Shown here one piece after another: positions 38,235-48,764 of a stretch of DNA of 64,000 nt. A model generated the notes under the pieces. The model saw only the letters and a program-made list of their open reading frames with translations. It had not been told where the DNA came from and ran no database searches. The stretch lies in the NCBI GenBank assembly GCA_963667465.2, contig CAXXDN010000002.1, positions 608,001 through 672,000 of the forward strand, read 5' to 3'. This DNA is from Dehalococcoidia bacterium (GTDB lineage Bacteria; Chloroflexota; Dehalococcoidia; UBA2979). The position numbers and the translations under genes are program-made. Position 1 is the stretch's first letter; every line of letters begins with the position of its first letter.

Positions 38235-39326
38235 ATGCAGTCGAAAGCAGCGATCTTCACCGAGCCGGGCCAGCCCCTCCTCGTCGAGGACGTCGAGTAC
38301 GGCGAGCCGGGGCCGGGCGAGGTGCTCGTGCGCAACTTCTCCTCCGGCATCTGCCACTCGCAGCTGCACCAGATGCATGGCCCGCGCGCCGTGCCGGGCC
38401 CCTTCATGCTCGGCCACGAAGCGACCAGCGAGGTCGTCGCGGTCGGCGAGGGCGTCGACCACGTCGCCTCCGGCGACATCGTCTTCCTCACCTGGATCCC
38501 GCGCGACGCAGCGCCCGGCGACGGGCAGCCGCCGCAGCTCACGGGCGAGATCCGCTGGCGAGGCGAGAACATCGCGCGCGGAATCTACACCTGGTCCGAG
38601 CACACCCTTGCCCGCCAGGAGTACGTCGTGCGCGTGCCCGACGACGTGGCCCGCGACGTCACGAGCATCATCGGCTGCGCCGTGATGACCGGCGCCGGCG
38701 CCGTGCTCAACACGGCGAACGTGCAGCGCGGCCAGTCGGCCGCCGTCTTCGGCGTCGGCGGAGTTGGCCTCTCCGCGATCACCGCGCTCGCCGTGCGCGA
38801 GGCGGACCCGATCATCGCCGTCGACCTCGACGACGCGAAGCTGGAGCTGGCGAAGCACTTCGGCGCGACCGTGGGCGTGAACGCCGCCGAGCGCGACGCG
38901 GTGACGGCGATCGGCGAGCTGACGGGGCCGGGCACGACGAACTGGTTCAACCAGCCGACGAGCGGGCTGGAGTTCGCCTTCGACTGCATCGGCAAGGAGA
39001 TCACGATGCACCAGATCGCCGAGGCGGTGCGGCCCGGTGACATCACGAACACGCGCGGCGGCACGGCGGTGCTGGTCGGCGTCCCGGACGGCGAGGCCTC
39101 GCTGAACATGCTCGACATCCTGCGCGGCGAGAAGCGCTTCATCGGCTCCTACGGCGGATCCTGCCGCCCCGATCGCGACTTCCCGGAGTTCATCCGCTGG
39201 CACAAGGAGGGAATGCTGGACCTCGAAGCGCTGGTCACCGAGCGGGTCGCCCTCGACGACATCAACGACGCCACGGAGCGCCTGCGCCGCGGCGAGATCG
39301 CCGGCCGCTCGATCATCGAGTTTTAG
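38235..39326 (+). CDS. Zn-dependent medium-chain alcohol dehydrogenase
   Basis: GICHS, LGHE, GCAVMTG, GVGGVG. Confidence 0.9.
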   Translation: MQSKAAIFTEPGQPLLVEDVEYGEPGPGEVLVRNFSSGICHSQLHQMHGPRAVPGPFMLGHEATSEVVAVGEGVDHVASGDIVFLTWIPRDAAPGDGQPPQLTGEIRWRGENIARGIYTWSEHTLARQEYVVRVPDDVARDVTSIIGCAVMTGAGAVLNTANVQRGQSAAVFGVGGVGLSAITALAVREADPIIAVDLDDAKLELAKHFGATVGVNAAERDAVTAIGELTGPGTTNWFNQPTSGLEFAFDCIGKEITMHQIAEAVRPGDITNTRGGTAVLVGVPDGEASLNMLDILRGEKRFIGSYGGSCRPDRDFPEFIRWHKEGMLDLEALVTERVALDDINDATERLRRGEIAGRSIIEF

Positions 39327-39367
39327 CCGCGAGGGCGCGGGCCCTCCACGCCTCGAGGTTGCGGCGG

Positions 39368-40165
39368 CTAGCGGCCCTGGAAGACCGGCGTGCGCCGCTC
39401 GGCGAAGGCGGCTGCCGCCTCCTTCGTGTCCTCGAGTGGCAGCAGGCTCTGGAAGGCCTGCGGGAACGCGATCCCGTGCTGGTAGGTGGACGGCCGCGGG
39501 CGCGCCATCAGCAGCTGCTGCTTCGTCACCTGCACATGCACCGGCGGCAGCCCCGCGATCTCCTCGGCGAGTTCTCGAGCGGTGTTCACCACGTCGTCCG
39601 CGGGGACGACGTGGTTGACGAGGCCAAGCTCGTAGGCCCGCTGCGCCGGGATCTGGTGGCCGCGCAGCACGATCTCAGAGCCCGGCAACCAGGGCAGGTT
39701 ATCGAGGATCGGCACGAACGCAGGCCCGATGATGCCCGTCGGCAGATGCGACATCGCGAAGCGCGCGTCCTCGGCAGCGACCACGATGTCGCTGCCGCAG
39801 CACATGAACCAGCCCGCGCCCCACGCGCCGCCGCGCACGGCCGCGATGATCGGCTTGTCCGTCTCGGGCACGTGGAAGAACCCGAGGACGTCGGCGCGCG
39901 AGGCGGCGATGCGGCCGTCGGAGCGGCGCTGCCGCCCTTCGAGTTCCCGCTGCTCGCGGATGTCGCGGCCAGCGCAGAAGACGCGGCCCTCGCCGGTGAG
40001 GATGACGCAACGCACCTCGTCGTCGCCCATTGCCTCCAGCCACGCCCCGCCGAGCTCGTCGGCGGTCTGCTCGCCGAAGGCGTTGAGCCGCTCCGGGCGA
40101 TTCATCGTGATCGTGGCGACGTGACCGTCCAGTTCGTACCTGACGAACTCCGCCTCGTAAGCCAT
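39368..40165 (-). CDS. crotonase/enoyl-CoA hydratase family (copy 2)
   Basis: close paralog of 37186..37974 with the same family motifs. Confidence 0.9.
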   Translation of the reverse strand: MAYEAEFVRYELDGHVATITMNRPERLNAFGEQTADELGGAWLEAMGDDEVRCVILTGEGRVFCAGRDIREQRELEGRQRRSDGRIAASRADVLGFFHVPETDKPIIAAVRGGAWGAGWFMCCGSDIVVAAEDARFAMSHLPTGIIGPAFVPILDNLPWLPGSEIVLRGHQIPAQRAYELGLVNHVVPADDVVNTARELAEEIAGLPPVHVQVTKQQLLMARPRPSTYQHGIAFPQAFQSLLPLEDTKEAAAAFAERRTPVFQGR

Positions 40166-40193
40166 CCGGGCGGTGCTCCCTTCTGGCGGCGCG

Positions 40194-41141
40194 CTACGCC
40201 TCGCCGCTGAGGAAGCGCCGGGGCACCTCGATCGTCATCAGGTCGATCGTCTCCTGCGGGACGCCGTCCTGCAGCAGCGCGGGCAGCGCGGTCGTGGAGA
40301 GGAACGTCCAGCCGTTCGGGCCCGTCGGGTCGTGCTCGATCTCGGTCTGGCCCTGCCGTAGCAGCGGCGTTGTGCCGTCGTGGCCGAGCATGATCTTGTC
40401 CGCCCAGCCGCGCTCGATCAGCGTCTTCACGCTCGCGTTGCGCTCCTCCCAGTTCGCCCGCCCCGGGCGGCCGGGGTAGCGGTCCATCGAGAGGTAGACG
40501 CCGGCCTTGAGCAGATCCTCGAGGTAGTCGACGTCCGTCGTGTCGGCGGAGTGGCCGATCGCCACGCGGTCCAGCGGCACGCCCTCCTCCTGGAAGATCT
40601 CGACCTGGCGGCGGCCCACCTCGAGCAGGGCCCAGTGGTGGGTCGAGATCGGCGTGCCGGTACGCTTGCAGGCGCGCGCCGCGCCACGGATCGTGGAGTC
40701 GTACGCCTCGGTGACGCCCTCCATGTCGTTGGCGACCTTGATCGCGCCGGCCTTGATGTCGGTGGTACCGATGCCGACCTCGATCTCGCGCACGAAGATA
40801 TCGGCGATCTCATCCGGGTCGCGGTTGGTGAAGGACATCGGCGCGACCCGCCACATCCCCGTCGCGCAGACGACGTGCATGCCGGACTGCTCCGACATCT
40901 CGCGCATCAGCTCCACGTCGCGCCCCAGGTCGGGTGTCGTCAGGTCGATCAGCGTCTGCACGCCGGCCGCGCGCGCCGCCGCGAGCCGCTCGAGGATCAC
41001 CCGCCGACTCGCGTCGAAGTCGTACAGCCACGGATACCAGTGGTTGTCCGCGCTGTTGCAGGTGAAGACGTGCTCGTGGCTGAGCGTGAACCCCAGCTCG
41101 CTGTCGTCGACTGGTCCAAGTACGGTCTCGACCTGCGCCAT
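40194..41141 (-). CDS. phosphotriesterase-family amidohydrolase
   Basis: TVLGP, TLSHEH, GRDV, IKVA, STH, IGH, GHD. Confidence 0.9.
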   Translation of the reverse strand: MAQVETVLGPVDDSELGFTLSHEHVFTCNSADNHWYPWLYDFDASRRVILERLAAARAAGVQTLIDLTTPDLGRDVELMREMSEQSGMHVVCATGMWRVAPMSFTNRDPDEIADIFVREIEVGIGTTDIKAGAIKVANDMEGVTEAYDSTIRGAARACKRTGTPISTHHWALLEVGRRQVEIFQEEGVPLDRVAIGHSADTTDVDYLEDLLKAGVYLSMDRYPGRPGRANWEERNASVKTLIERGWADKIMLGHDGTTPLLRQGQTEIEHDPTGPNGWTFLSTTALPALLQDGVPQETIDLMTIEVPRRFLSGEA

Positions 41142-41229
41142 CGCATCCTCCGCTTCCCCGCCGCGTGCACCTGAGCGGCGCCGCCGTCAGGATATGCTCT
41201 CGGCGCGAATCTTGCGGGAGGAACGGGTG

Positions 41230-42948
41230 ATGGCGGTCGATCGTGTGCTCGTCGAGAAGCACGTCACGGTCACGATGCGCGACGGCGTCGAGACGCGCGG
41301 CGACCTCTACCGCCCCGCCGAGGGCGCGCCCGTCCCCGGCATCGTCTGCCGCACCCCGTACGACAAGGAGGCGATCGGCTCCACCCGCGTGTTGCCCGCG
41401 CCGCTCAAGTTCGCCGAGGCCGGCTATGCCGTGCTCGTCGTCGACGTGCGCGGCCGCTACTCCTCGGACGGTGTCTTCGAGCCGTTCCACAACGAGGGTC
41501 GCGACGGCTACGACACGGTCGAGTGGCTGGCGGCGCAGCCGTTCTGCAGCGGCGACGTCGGCATCTTCGGGCTCTCCTACTACGGCGCGACGACGCTGCT
41601 GGCGACGCGCGAGCAGCCGCCCTCGCTGCGCTGCGCCGCCGCGATCATCACTGCCAGCGACTACTTCGACGACTGGACGCACTACGGCGGGGCGCTGCAG
41701 CTCGGCTTCAGCGGCACCTGGGGCATGGGCCTCGCGGCGGCCCAGTTGCTGCGCGAGGACAGCGCCGCTTCCGAAGCCGCCGCCGAGGCGCTCGCCCTCG
41801 CGATGGCCTCGCCGCTGGAGACATTGCGCCACCGTCCGCTGAGCGAGCTGCCGGGCATGTCGCTCCCCGGCGTCGCGCCCTATTGGGCGGAGTGGCTGGA
41901 GCACGACCGCCGCGACGACTTCTGGGAGGCGCTGCGGCTCTCGAGGGACTACGCGGACTTCCAGGTGCCCGTGATGCACGTCGGCGGCTGGTTCGATCTG
42001 TTCACGCTGGGCACCGTGCGCAACTTCCAGGGTATGCATGCCGCGGGTGTCGCCGAGCAGCGGCTCTGGATGGGGCCGTGGTCGCACACCTCGTACGAGC
42101 GCTACCACGGCGACGTCGACTTCGGCGGGACCGCCCCGGTCGGGCTCTGCGGCATCGACGCGGCCTACCTCGCCTTCTTCGACGAGTACCTGCGCGGGCA
42201 GCAGCCCGAGGCGCCTCAGCCGACTGTGCGCTACTTCCTGATGGGGTCGAACGAGTGGCGCGACGCGACCGCCTGGCCGCCCGTGGAGGCGCGTGAGCTG
42301 GCGCTCTACCTGCGCTCCGGCGGCGAGGCGCAGAGCGCGCGCGGCGACGGCCGCCTCGAGGACGCCGCTGCCGAGGGCGACGAGCCACCCGACCGCTACC
42401 TCTACGACCCGGAGCGGCCCGTCCCGACCGAGGGCGGCTCGCTGCTCCAGCAGTCCGTTGGCCAGCCGGGCCCGCGCGAGCAGTCGCAGATCGAGGCGCG
42501 CGACGACGTGCTTTGCTACACGACCGCGCCGTTCGAGCAGCCGCTCACGGTCGCGGGCCCCGTCACGGTCGAGCTCTGGGCCGTCACCGACGCGCCGGAC
42601 ACGGACTGGACGGCGAAGCTCGTCGCCGTCGATCCGGACGGGACGGCGATCTCGCTCTGCGACGGCATCCGGCGCGCAAGCTTCCGCGAGTCCCTCACGG
42701 ACCCCTCGCCCGTGACGCCCGGCGAGGCCTACCGCTACGAGATCGAGCTGGGCAGCACGGCCTACCGCTTCGCGCCGGGCCAGCGCCTGCGGCTACAGGT
42801 CTCGAGCTCGAACTTCCCGCGCTTCGACGCGAACCCGAACACCGGCGAGCCCTCGTGGAGCGCCGTCGAGACGCGCCCCGCCGTGCAGCAGGTGCTGCAC
42901 GACGCCGCGCACAGCTCGGCGCTGCGCCTCTGGCTGCTGGACGAGTAG
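41230..42948 (+). CDS. CocE/NonD-family hydrolase
   Basis: MRDGV, RTPY, DVRGRY.S.G, DGYDTVEW, GLSYYG, GGWFD, GPWSH, SSSNFPRF. Confidence 0.92.
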   Translation: MAVDRVLVEKHVTVTMRDGVETRGDLYRPAEGAPVPGIVCRTPYDKEAIGSTRVLPAPLKFAEAGYAVLVVDVRGRYSSDGVFEPFHNEGRDGYDTVEWLAAQPFCSGDVGIFGLSYYGATTLLATREQPPSLRCAAAIITASDYFDDWTHYGGALQLGFSGTWGMGLAAAQLLREDSAASEAAAEALALAMASPLETLRHRPLSELPGMSLPGVAPYWAEWLEHDRRDDFWEALRLSRDYADFQVPVMHVGGWFDLFTLGTVRNFQGMHAAGVAEQRLWMGPWSHTSYERYHGDVDFGGTAPVGLCGIDAAYLAFFDEYLRGQQPEAPQPTVRYFLMGSNEWRDATAWPPVEARELALYLRSGGEAQSARGDGRLEDAAAEGDEPPDRYLYDPERPVPTEGGSLLQQSVGQPGPREQSQIEARDDVLCYTTAPFEQPLTVAGPVTVELWAVTDAPDTDWTAKLVAVDPDGTAISLCDGIRRASFRESLTDPSPVTPGEAYRYEIELGSTAYRFAPGQRLRLQVSSSNFPRFDANPNTGEPSWSAVETRPAVQQVLHDAAHSSALRLWLLDE

Positions 42949-42973
42949 CGCCGAGGCAGTCGCCCGCTCGCGG

Positions 42974-43852
42974 TCAGGCCTTCGGTCGCATCCCGATCTC
43001 GCGCGGCGGCATGCCGAGGATGGCGCGCGCCTCGTCCGGCGTCGCCACCTCGCGGCCCGCGTGGTGCGCGAGCTCCACGGCCATCTCGACGTGGTCGGCG
43101 TTGGTGTAGGCGTCGGCGCCGCGTTTGCCGTCGAGCAGCGGGTTCTCGCCGATGCCGGTGCGGATGTGGCCGCCAGTGGCCGCCGCGAGCATGCTGGTGC
43201 GGCGCAGCGTCGGCTCCCCGGGGAGGCCGTCGTAGACGGTGTTGAACCACTGGCAGTTCAGGCCCGGCGGTAGCAGGTCGAGGTACATCTTGAGGCCGTC
43301 CAGGCCGGCCGGCGGACCGAGTGAGAACTCGTTCCAGAAAATCTTCAGGATCAGCGTGTCGCCGATCAGCCCCTGCTCGTGGAAGCGCGCGATGTGCCGC
43401 ATGTGCCCGATGTGTCGCACGCCGATGCTGTAGCTGACGTTGAGGGCCCGCAGATCCTCGAGCAGCTTCGCTACGAAGCTGCCGTCGTGCCCGGTGATGC
43501 CTTCCTCGGGGAAGATGTCGACCGTCGCGAGCTCCAGCCCCTCCTCCTCGTTGCGCGCCAGCTCGAAGAGGTGCGGCGTGTTCTCCTTATGCGCGCCCCG
43601 CTGCGTCGGGTAGACGAGCACGTCCGGGCACTCCTCGCGGATCAGCCGGTAGCACTCGAGGTACATCTCCGTCCCGAGGTGCCAGAGGTTCTGGCCGTCT
43701 TCGTCGCGCGGGTGGTAGTGGATGATCGCCGCGCCCGCGTTCGCGGCGGCGATGCCGTCGCGCGCGCCATCCTCGGGGCCGTAAGGGACGTGCGGGTTGT
43801 CCTCCTTGCGCGCGGACTCGTTGATCGAGGCCTCGATGATCAGCTTGTCCAT
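42974..43852 (-). CDS. beta-keto acid cleavage enzyme family (BKACE/DUF849)
   Basis: NPHVPY, AGAAIIHYH.RD, GGHIRTG, A...GREVATPDEAR. Confidence 0.85.
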   Translation of the reverse strand: MDKLIIEASINESARKEDNPHVPYGPEDGARDGIAAANAGAAIIHYHPRDEDGQNLWHLGTEMYLECYRLIREECPDVLVYPTQRGAHKENTPHLFELARNEEEGLELATVDIFPEEGITGHDGSFVAKLLEDLRALNVSYSIGVRHIGHMRHIARFHEQGLIGDTLILKIFWNEFSLGPPAGLDGLKMYLDLLPPGLNCQWFNTVYDGLPGEPTLRRTSMLAAATGGHIRTGIGENPLLDGKRGADAYTNADHVEMAVELAHHAGREVATPDEARAILGMPPREIGMRPKA

Positions 43853-43901
43853 CGTTCGCTCCTTCGCCCCCGCGCCGGTCCGCTCGCCGCGCTCAACGCA
43901 C

Positions 43902-45098
43902 TCAGTGCGCGGCGGTGACGCCCTTGTCGTGCAGTTGCTCGATATCCGGCCAGTCGTAGCCGAGCTCGAGCAGGATCTCCTCGGTGTGCTGTCCCAGCTC
44001 CGGGGCGGGTCCGCGCACACCGCCCGGCGTCTCGCTGAGCTGCACCGACATGCCGATCGTGCGGTGGCCGGGGAAGGTCGGGTGTTCGAGGTCGATCAGG
44101 TAGCCGTTCTGCCAGTGCTGCGGCTCGGCGGTCACGCCCGCGTAGTCGTAGACGGGCCCGCACGGGACCTCCGCCTCGATAAGGCCGCGCAGCCACTCCT
44201 CGCGCGGTTTCGTGGCAAAGACCGCGCTGAGCTCCCCGGCCAGCCACGGCCCGTTGTCGAAGCGCGCGAAGGGGTCGGCGGAGCGCGGATCGTCGATCAG
44301 GTCCTCGCGACCGATCACGCGGCAAATCCTCGGCCAGAACTTCGGGTCGAGGCCGGCGATCGTGAACCACTCGCCGTCGGAGGCCTGATACCAGCTGAAC
44401 GCGGCGTTGCGCGAGGCGCCCGGATTGCGCCGCTCCTGCTTGCCGGTGTGCAGATAGGTGAGCAACGAGAAGCCTTGCAGCGAGATCATCGCGCCGAGCT
44501 GGGAGACGTCGACCTTCTGGCCCACCCCGAAGCGCTCGCGGGAGACCAGCGCCGTCATCACCCCGTAGGCGAGCATCATCCCGCCCACCTGGTCGGCGAG
44601 CCCCCAGGCGACCGAGGTGGGCGTGGCGCCGGGGCCGCCGCCCTGTGCGACGAGCGCGCCGCTCATCCCCTGCGCGACGTGGTCGAAGGAGCCACGGCTG
44701 CTCCACTCGCCGTCCGGCCCGAACCCGCTGTTGACGGCGTAGATCAGCCTCGGATTGAGCGGGACCATGTCGTCGTAGCCGATGCCGAGCCGGTCGAGGA
44801 CGCCGGGGCGGAAGTTCTCCACGACGACGTCGACCTTGGGCACGAGCTTGCGAATCACCTCGCGCCCCTCCTCGGTCCGAAGTTCGAGCGTGATGCTGCG
44901 CTTGCCGCGGTTGAGCGCCTCGAAGTAGGCGGAGAAGCCGTCGGGCAGCCGCATGACGGAGCGTCCGGGGTCGCCGTCGCCGGGCAGCTCCACCTTCAGC
45001 ACCTCGGCGCCCATGTCGGCGAGCAACTGCGTGCCGTGCGTGCCGTTCTGGTAGCGCGTGAAGTCGAGGATGCGAATCCCCTCGAGTGGTGACGGCAT
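43902..45098 (-). CDS. family III CoA-transferase (CaiB/BaiF)
   Basis: PLEGIRILD, LADMGAEV.KVE, NRGKRS, ENFRPG, catalytic Asp in ADQVGG. Confidence 0.93.
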   Translation of the reverse strand: MPSPLEGIRILDFTRYQNGTHGTQLLADMGAEVLKVELPGDGDPGRSVMRLPDGFSAYFEALNRGKRSITLELRTEEGREVIRKLVPKVDVVVENFRPGVLDRLGIGYDDMVPLNPRLIYAVNSGFGPDGEWSSRGSFDHVAQGMSGALVAQGGGPGATPTSVAWGLADQVGGMMLAYGVMTALVSRERFGVGQKVDVSQLGAMISLQGFSLLTYLHTGKQERRNPGASRNAAFSWYQASDGEWFTIAGLDPKFWPRICRVIGREDLIDDPRSADPFARFDNGPWLAGELSAVFATKPREEWLRGLIEAEVPCGPVYDYAGVTAEPQHWQNGYLIDLEHPTFPGHRTIGMSVQLSETPGGVRGPAPELGQHTEEILLELGYDWPDIEQLHDKGVTAAH

Positions 45099-45309
45099 GA
45101 GGTGCTCCTTCCGCGCCGCGATCGGTCCGATCCGGCGCGCCTCGGTGGTCGGCTCCGGGGCAAGACTTAGCACAAGCGGAGATAGCCTGTCGCGCTTCGC
45201 GGGCCGCCACGCGGCCCGGACTCGTCGCCGCGAGCGGATTCGCTACAATGCACGGCAGATCGCGCCCCAGCCGCGCGAACGCCGAGCGCCCGAAGAAGGA
45301 GTGCCGCGC

Positions 45310-47613
45310 ATGGTCGCCACAGACAAGCAATACGAGGTGATCGGAACCCGCCCCGTCCGCCACGACGGAGCCGACAAGGTGACCGGACGCGCGCAGTACG
45401 GCGCCGACGTCCGGCTGCCGCGGATGCTCTACGGGCGCGTCAAGCGCAGCCCTGTCGCGCACGCCCGGCTGATCAGCATCGACACCTCGAAGGCGGAGGC
45501 GCTCGAGGGCGTACTCGCCGTGATCACGGCCGCCGACATGCCGGACCCCGGCGACCGCATCGTGCCGACGATTCGCGGGCTGACGCCGCTGCGCTGGCTG
45601 CGCGGCTTCCTGCTCGCCAATGAGAAGCTGCTCTTCCGCGGCCACCCGATCGCCGCCGTATGCGCCACCGACCCGCACATCGCCGAGGACGCCATCGACC
45701 TGATCGAGGTCGAGTACGAGGAGCTGCCCCCGGTGCTCGACGTGCAGGAGGCGATGTCCGAGGCGGCCCCGGTGCTGCTCGAGGACCTGCGCACCGAGGA
45801 ACTGGCGCAGGCCGCCTACAACGCCTCGGGCGACAAGCCGGCGGAACAGCAGACCAACATCGCCAAGCACCTCGTGATGGAGGTCGGCGATTCCGAGGCC
45901 GGCTTCGCCGAGGCGGACATCGTGCTCGAGGGCGAGTACGGCACGACGATGGCGCACCAGGGCTACATTGAACCGCACGCCTCTACGGCGATGTGGCAGC
46001 AGGATGGCGAGCTGCTCGTCTGGACCTCGACGCAGGGCGCGTTCGGCATCCGCGACAACCTGGCGATGATCCTCGATCTGCCGGTCTCGCAGGTGAAGGT
46101 GACCCCCACGGAGATCGGCGGCGGCTTCGGCGGCAAGCTGAAGCTCTACTACGAGCCGCTGGCCGCGCTGCTCTCCCGGAAGACCGGCCACCCGGTCAAG
46201 ATGCAGATGACGCGCACCGAGGTGCTCGAGGCCAGCGGCCCGACCTCCGGGACGCACCACCGCGTGAAGATCGGCGCGAAGAACGACGGCACGATCGTCG
46301 CCGTCGAGGGCCACTTCGCCTACGAGGCCGGCGCCTACCCCGGCTCCCCCTACGTCGCCGGGGCGCGCTGCGCCTTCGGGCCGTACGACATTCCCAACCA
46401 GTTCGTCGAGGCCTGGGACGTGGTCCTCAACAAGCCGCAGGTCGCCGCCTACCGCGCGCCCGGCGCGCCCTCCTCGGAGTTCGCGGTCGAGTCGTTGCTG
46501 GACGATCTGGCCGAGCGGCTGGAGCTGGACCCGATGGACCTGCGGCTGAAGAACGCCGCCGTCGAGGGCACCCGCCGCACGGACGGCGCCGCCTTCGGCT
46601 CGATCGGCGCGAAAGAGGTGATGGAGGAGATCAAGAACAGCGAGCACTACCGCTCCGAGCTGCAGGGCGAGAACCGCGGCCGCGGCGTCGCCATGGGCTT
46701 CTGGTTCAACGGCGGCAACGAGTCCAGCGCCTACGCCAACGTCAACGCCGACGGCACGGTCAGCCTCGTCACCGGCTCGGTCGACATCGGCGGGCAGCGC
46801 GCCGCGCTGGCGATGACACTGGCGGAGACGCTCGGCCTCACGGCGGCGGACGTGCACCCCTCGGTCGCAGCGGACACCGACTCGATCGGCTTCACCGGCA
46901 ACACCGGCGGCAGCCGCACGACCTTCGCCACCGGCTGGGCCGCCTACGAGGCGGCGATGGACATCCGCCGCCAGCTCGAGGAGCGCGCCGCCCGGATCTG
47001 GGAGTGCGAGCGTGACGATGTGAGCTACGGCGACGGCGGCACGCTGCACGGCCCCGCGGACGACGACGGTAACGAGCGCTCGATGAGCTTCAAGGAGATC
47101 GCCGGGAAGCTCGGAATGACCGGCGGCATGATCCAGGGCCGCGCCAACGTTAAGCCGACCACTGTCGGCCCGGCCTTCGCCGGGCACATCGTGGATGTCG
47201 AGGTCGACCCCGACACCGGCAAGGTCGACGTCCTGCGCTACACCGCCGTGCAGGACGTGGGCACGGCCGTCCACCCCTCGTACGTCGAGGGGCAGATCCA
47301 GGGCGGCGTGCAGCAGGGCGTCGGGATGGCGCTCAGCGAGGGCTACGACTTCGACGAGACCGGGCGGATGCGCAACTCGAGCCTGCTCGACTACCGCATG
47401 CCGACGGCGCTCGACCTGCCGATGATCGAGACGGTGCTGGTCGAGGTGCCCAACCCGGGTCACCCCTACGGCGTGCGCGGCGTCGGCGAGGTGCCGATCG
47501 TACCGCCGCTGGCGGCGGTCGCGAACGCGATCGAGGACGCCATCGGCGTGCGCATGCGCAAGCTGCCCGCCACCCCGGACGCGATCCTCGCGGAGCTCAA
47601 TCCGGAGGAGTAG
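45310..47613 (+). CDS. xanthine dehydrogenase-family molybdopterin-binding subunit
   Basis: KVTG.A.Y, GGGFGGK, AYRAPG, GGSRT, VEGQIQGG, GVGE. Confidence 0.92.
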   Translation: MVATDKQYEVIGTRPVRHDGADKVTGRAQYGADVRLPRMLYGRVKRSPVAHARLISIDTSKAEALEGVLAVITAADMPDPGDRIVPTIRGLTPLRWLRGFLLANEKLLFRGHPIAAVCATDPHIAEDAIDLIEVEYEELPPVLDVQEAMSEAAPVLLEDLRTEELAQAAYNASGDKPAEQQTNIAKHLVMEVGDSEAGFAEADIVLEGEYGTTMAHQGYIEPHASTAMWQQDGELLVWTSTQGAFGIRDNLAMILDLPVSQVKVTPTEIGGGFGGKLKLYYEPLAALLSRKTGHPVKMQMTRTEVLEASGPTSGTHHRVKIGAKNDGTIVAVEGHFAYEAGAYPGSPYVAGARCAFGPYDIPNQFVEAWDVVLNKPQVAAYRAPGAPSSEFAVESLLDDLAERLELDPMDLRLKNAAVEGTRRTDGAAFGSIGAKEVMEEIKNSEHYRSELQGENRGRGVAMGFWFNGGNESSAYANVNADGTVSLVTGSVDIGGQRAALAMTLAETLGLTAADVHPSVAADTDSIGFTGNTGGSRTTFATGWAAYEAAMDIRRQLEERAARIWECERDDVSYGDGGTLHGPADDDGNERSMSFKEIAGKLGMTGGMIQGRANVKPTTVGPAFAGHIVDVEVDPDTGKVDVLRYTAVQDVGTAVHPSYVEGQIQGGVQQGVGMALSEGYDFDETGRMRNSSLLDYRMPTALDLPMIETVLVEVPNPGHPYGVRGVGEVPIVPPLAAVANAIEDAIGVRMRKLPATPDAILAELNPEE

Positions 47614-47711
47614 CCGTCCGGAGGCGCAACAATCCGGAGAACGAGCCGCCCGGCCGCCGGTCGCGGCCGCGCCGAGCGAACGCCAGCGGAAGCCGACCGG
47701 CGGGAGTTGCG

Positions 47712-48671
47712 ATGTACCTGAACGAGTTCTCGCCGGACCTCGACGCCCTCGACATGACGGACGCTGAGGAGTTCCGGAGCCTGCTGCAAAGCGCGAGCGA
47801 CCTCGGCATCCCGCATCACCCCGGCGTGCGCTATGTCTCGCGCAACACGGTGGTGCAGCGGCAGCGCTTCCACTTCCTGGAGTGGGGCGATCCGGCCGCA
47901 CCGCCGCTGCTGCTGTTGCACGGCGGCAACCAGTCGGCGCACTCCTGGGACCTCGTCAGCCTCCACCTCGCGGATCGCTATCGCGTGTTGGCGCTCGACC
48001 AGCGTGGGCACGGCGACAGCGAGTGGGCCCGTGACGCCGCCTACGGCATCGGCGAGATGGCCGAGGATGCGATCGCCTTCATCACGCAGCAGGGCCTCGA
48101 TCAGCCGCTGATAATGGGCCACTCGATGGGCGGGCGCGTGACGATGGAGGTGCTCAAGCGCCGCCCCGGCAGCGCCCGCGCCGCCGTCTTCGTCGACGTC
48201 GGCCCGGTGATCAGCGGCCCGGGCACGGAGGCGATCCGCAACTTCATCCAGCGCAACATCGAGTTCGACGACCTCGAGGCGTTCATCGAGCGAGTCGTGG
48301 AGTACGACCCGTACCGCACGCGCGAGCACATTACGCGCACGGTCCGCTACAACCTGATCCAGCGCGCCGACGGCAGGTACATCACGAAGTCGGACCGCAT
48401 CCTGCACGACCCGAGGTTCCGCCGCGTGCGCGAGGGCGACGGCGTGCCGTTGAGCATCGGCCTCGACGCGGTGCGTGAATTCGATCTGCCGGCGCTCGTG
48501 ATCCGCGGCGGCGACTCGAACGTGCTCACCGAGCCGGGCGCCGAGGAGTTCGCCGCGGCGATGCCGCAGGGGCAGCTGCGGACCGTCCCGGACTGCGGAC
48601 ATAACGTCCACTCACAGAACACGCCCGGCTTCCTCGCCGCGGTCACGCCGTTCCTCGATGCGCTGACCTAG
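47712..48671 (+). CDS. alpha/beta hydrolase
   Basis: LLHGG, DQRGHGDS, GHSMGG, GH. Confidence 0.9.
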   Translation: MYLNEFSPDLDALDMTDAEEFRSLLQSASDLGIPHHPGVRYVSRNTVVQRQRFHFLEWGDPAAPPLLLLHGGNQSAHSWDLVSLHLADRYRVLALDQRGHGDSEWARDAAYGIGEMAEDAIAFITQQGLDQPLIMGHSMGGRVTMEVLKRRPGSARAAVFVDVGPVISGPGTEAIRNFIQRNIEFDDLEAFIERVVEYDPYRTREHITRTVRYNLIQRADGRYITKSDRILHDPRFRRVREGDGVPLSIGLDAVREFDLPALVIRGGDSNVLTEPGAEEFAAAMPQGQLRTVPDCGHNVHSQNTPGFLAAVTPFLDALT

Positions 48672-48719
48672 CGCGTCGCGAGGCGGCCGGGCGGCCTGCC
48701 TGCGGACTGCGGACAGCAA

Positions 48720-48744
48720 GAAGGCCGCCCAGCGGGCGGCCTTC
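48720..48744. terminator. hairpin between convergent genes (probable bidirectional terminator)
   Basis: GAAGGCCGCCC-AGC-GGGCGGCCTTC perfect 11-bp stem. Confidence 0.7.
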
Positions 48745-48764
48745 ATTGCGAGTCTGCGAGGTGG

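Noticed and set aside
45310-47613. Aerobic CO dehydrogenase CoxL
   Set aside because: The active-site loop is AYRAPG, not AYXCSFR, and there are no coxMS genes
43840-47901. Very long antisense or off-frame ORFs (1353 aa here; also 20722..23553, 29217..31595, 59890..62352)
   Set aside because: They are shadows of real genes caused by high GC3 and few stops; Arg/Ala/Gly-rich with no motifs
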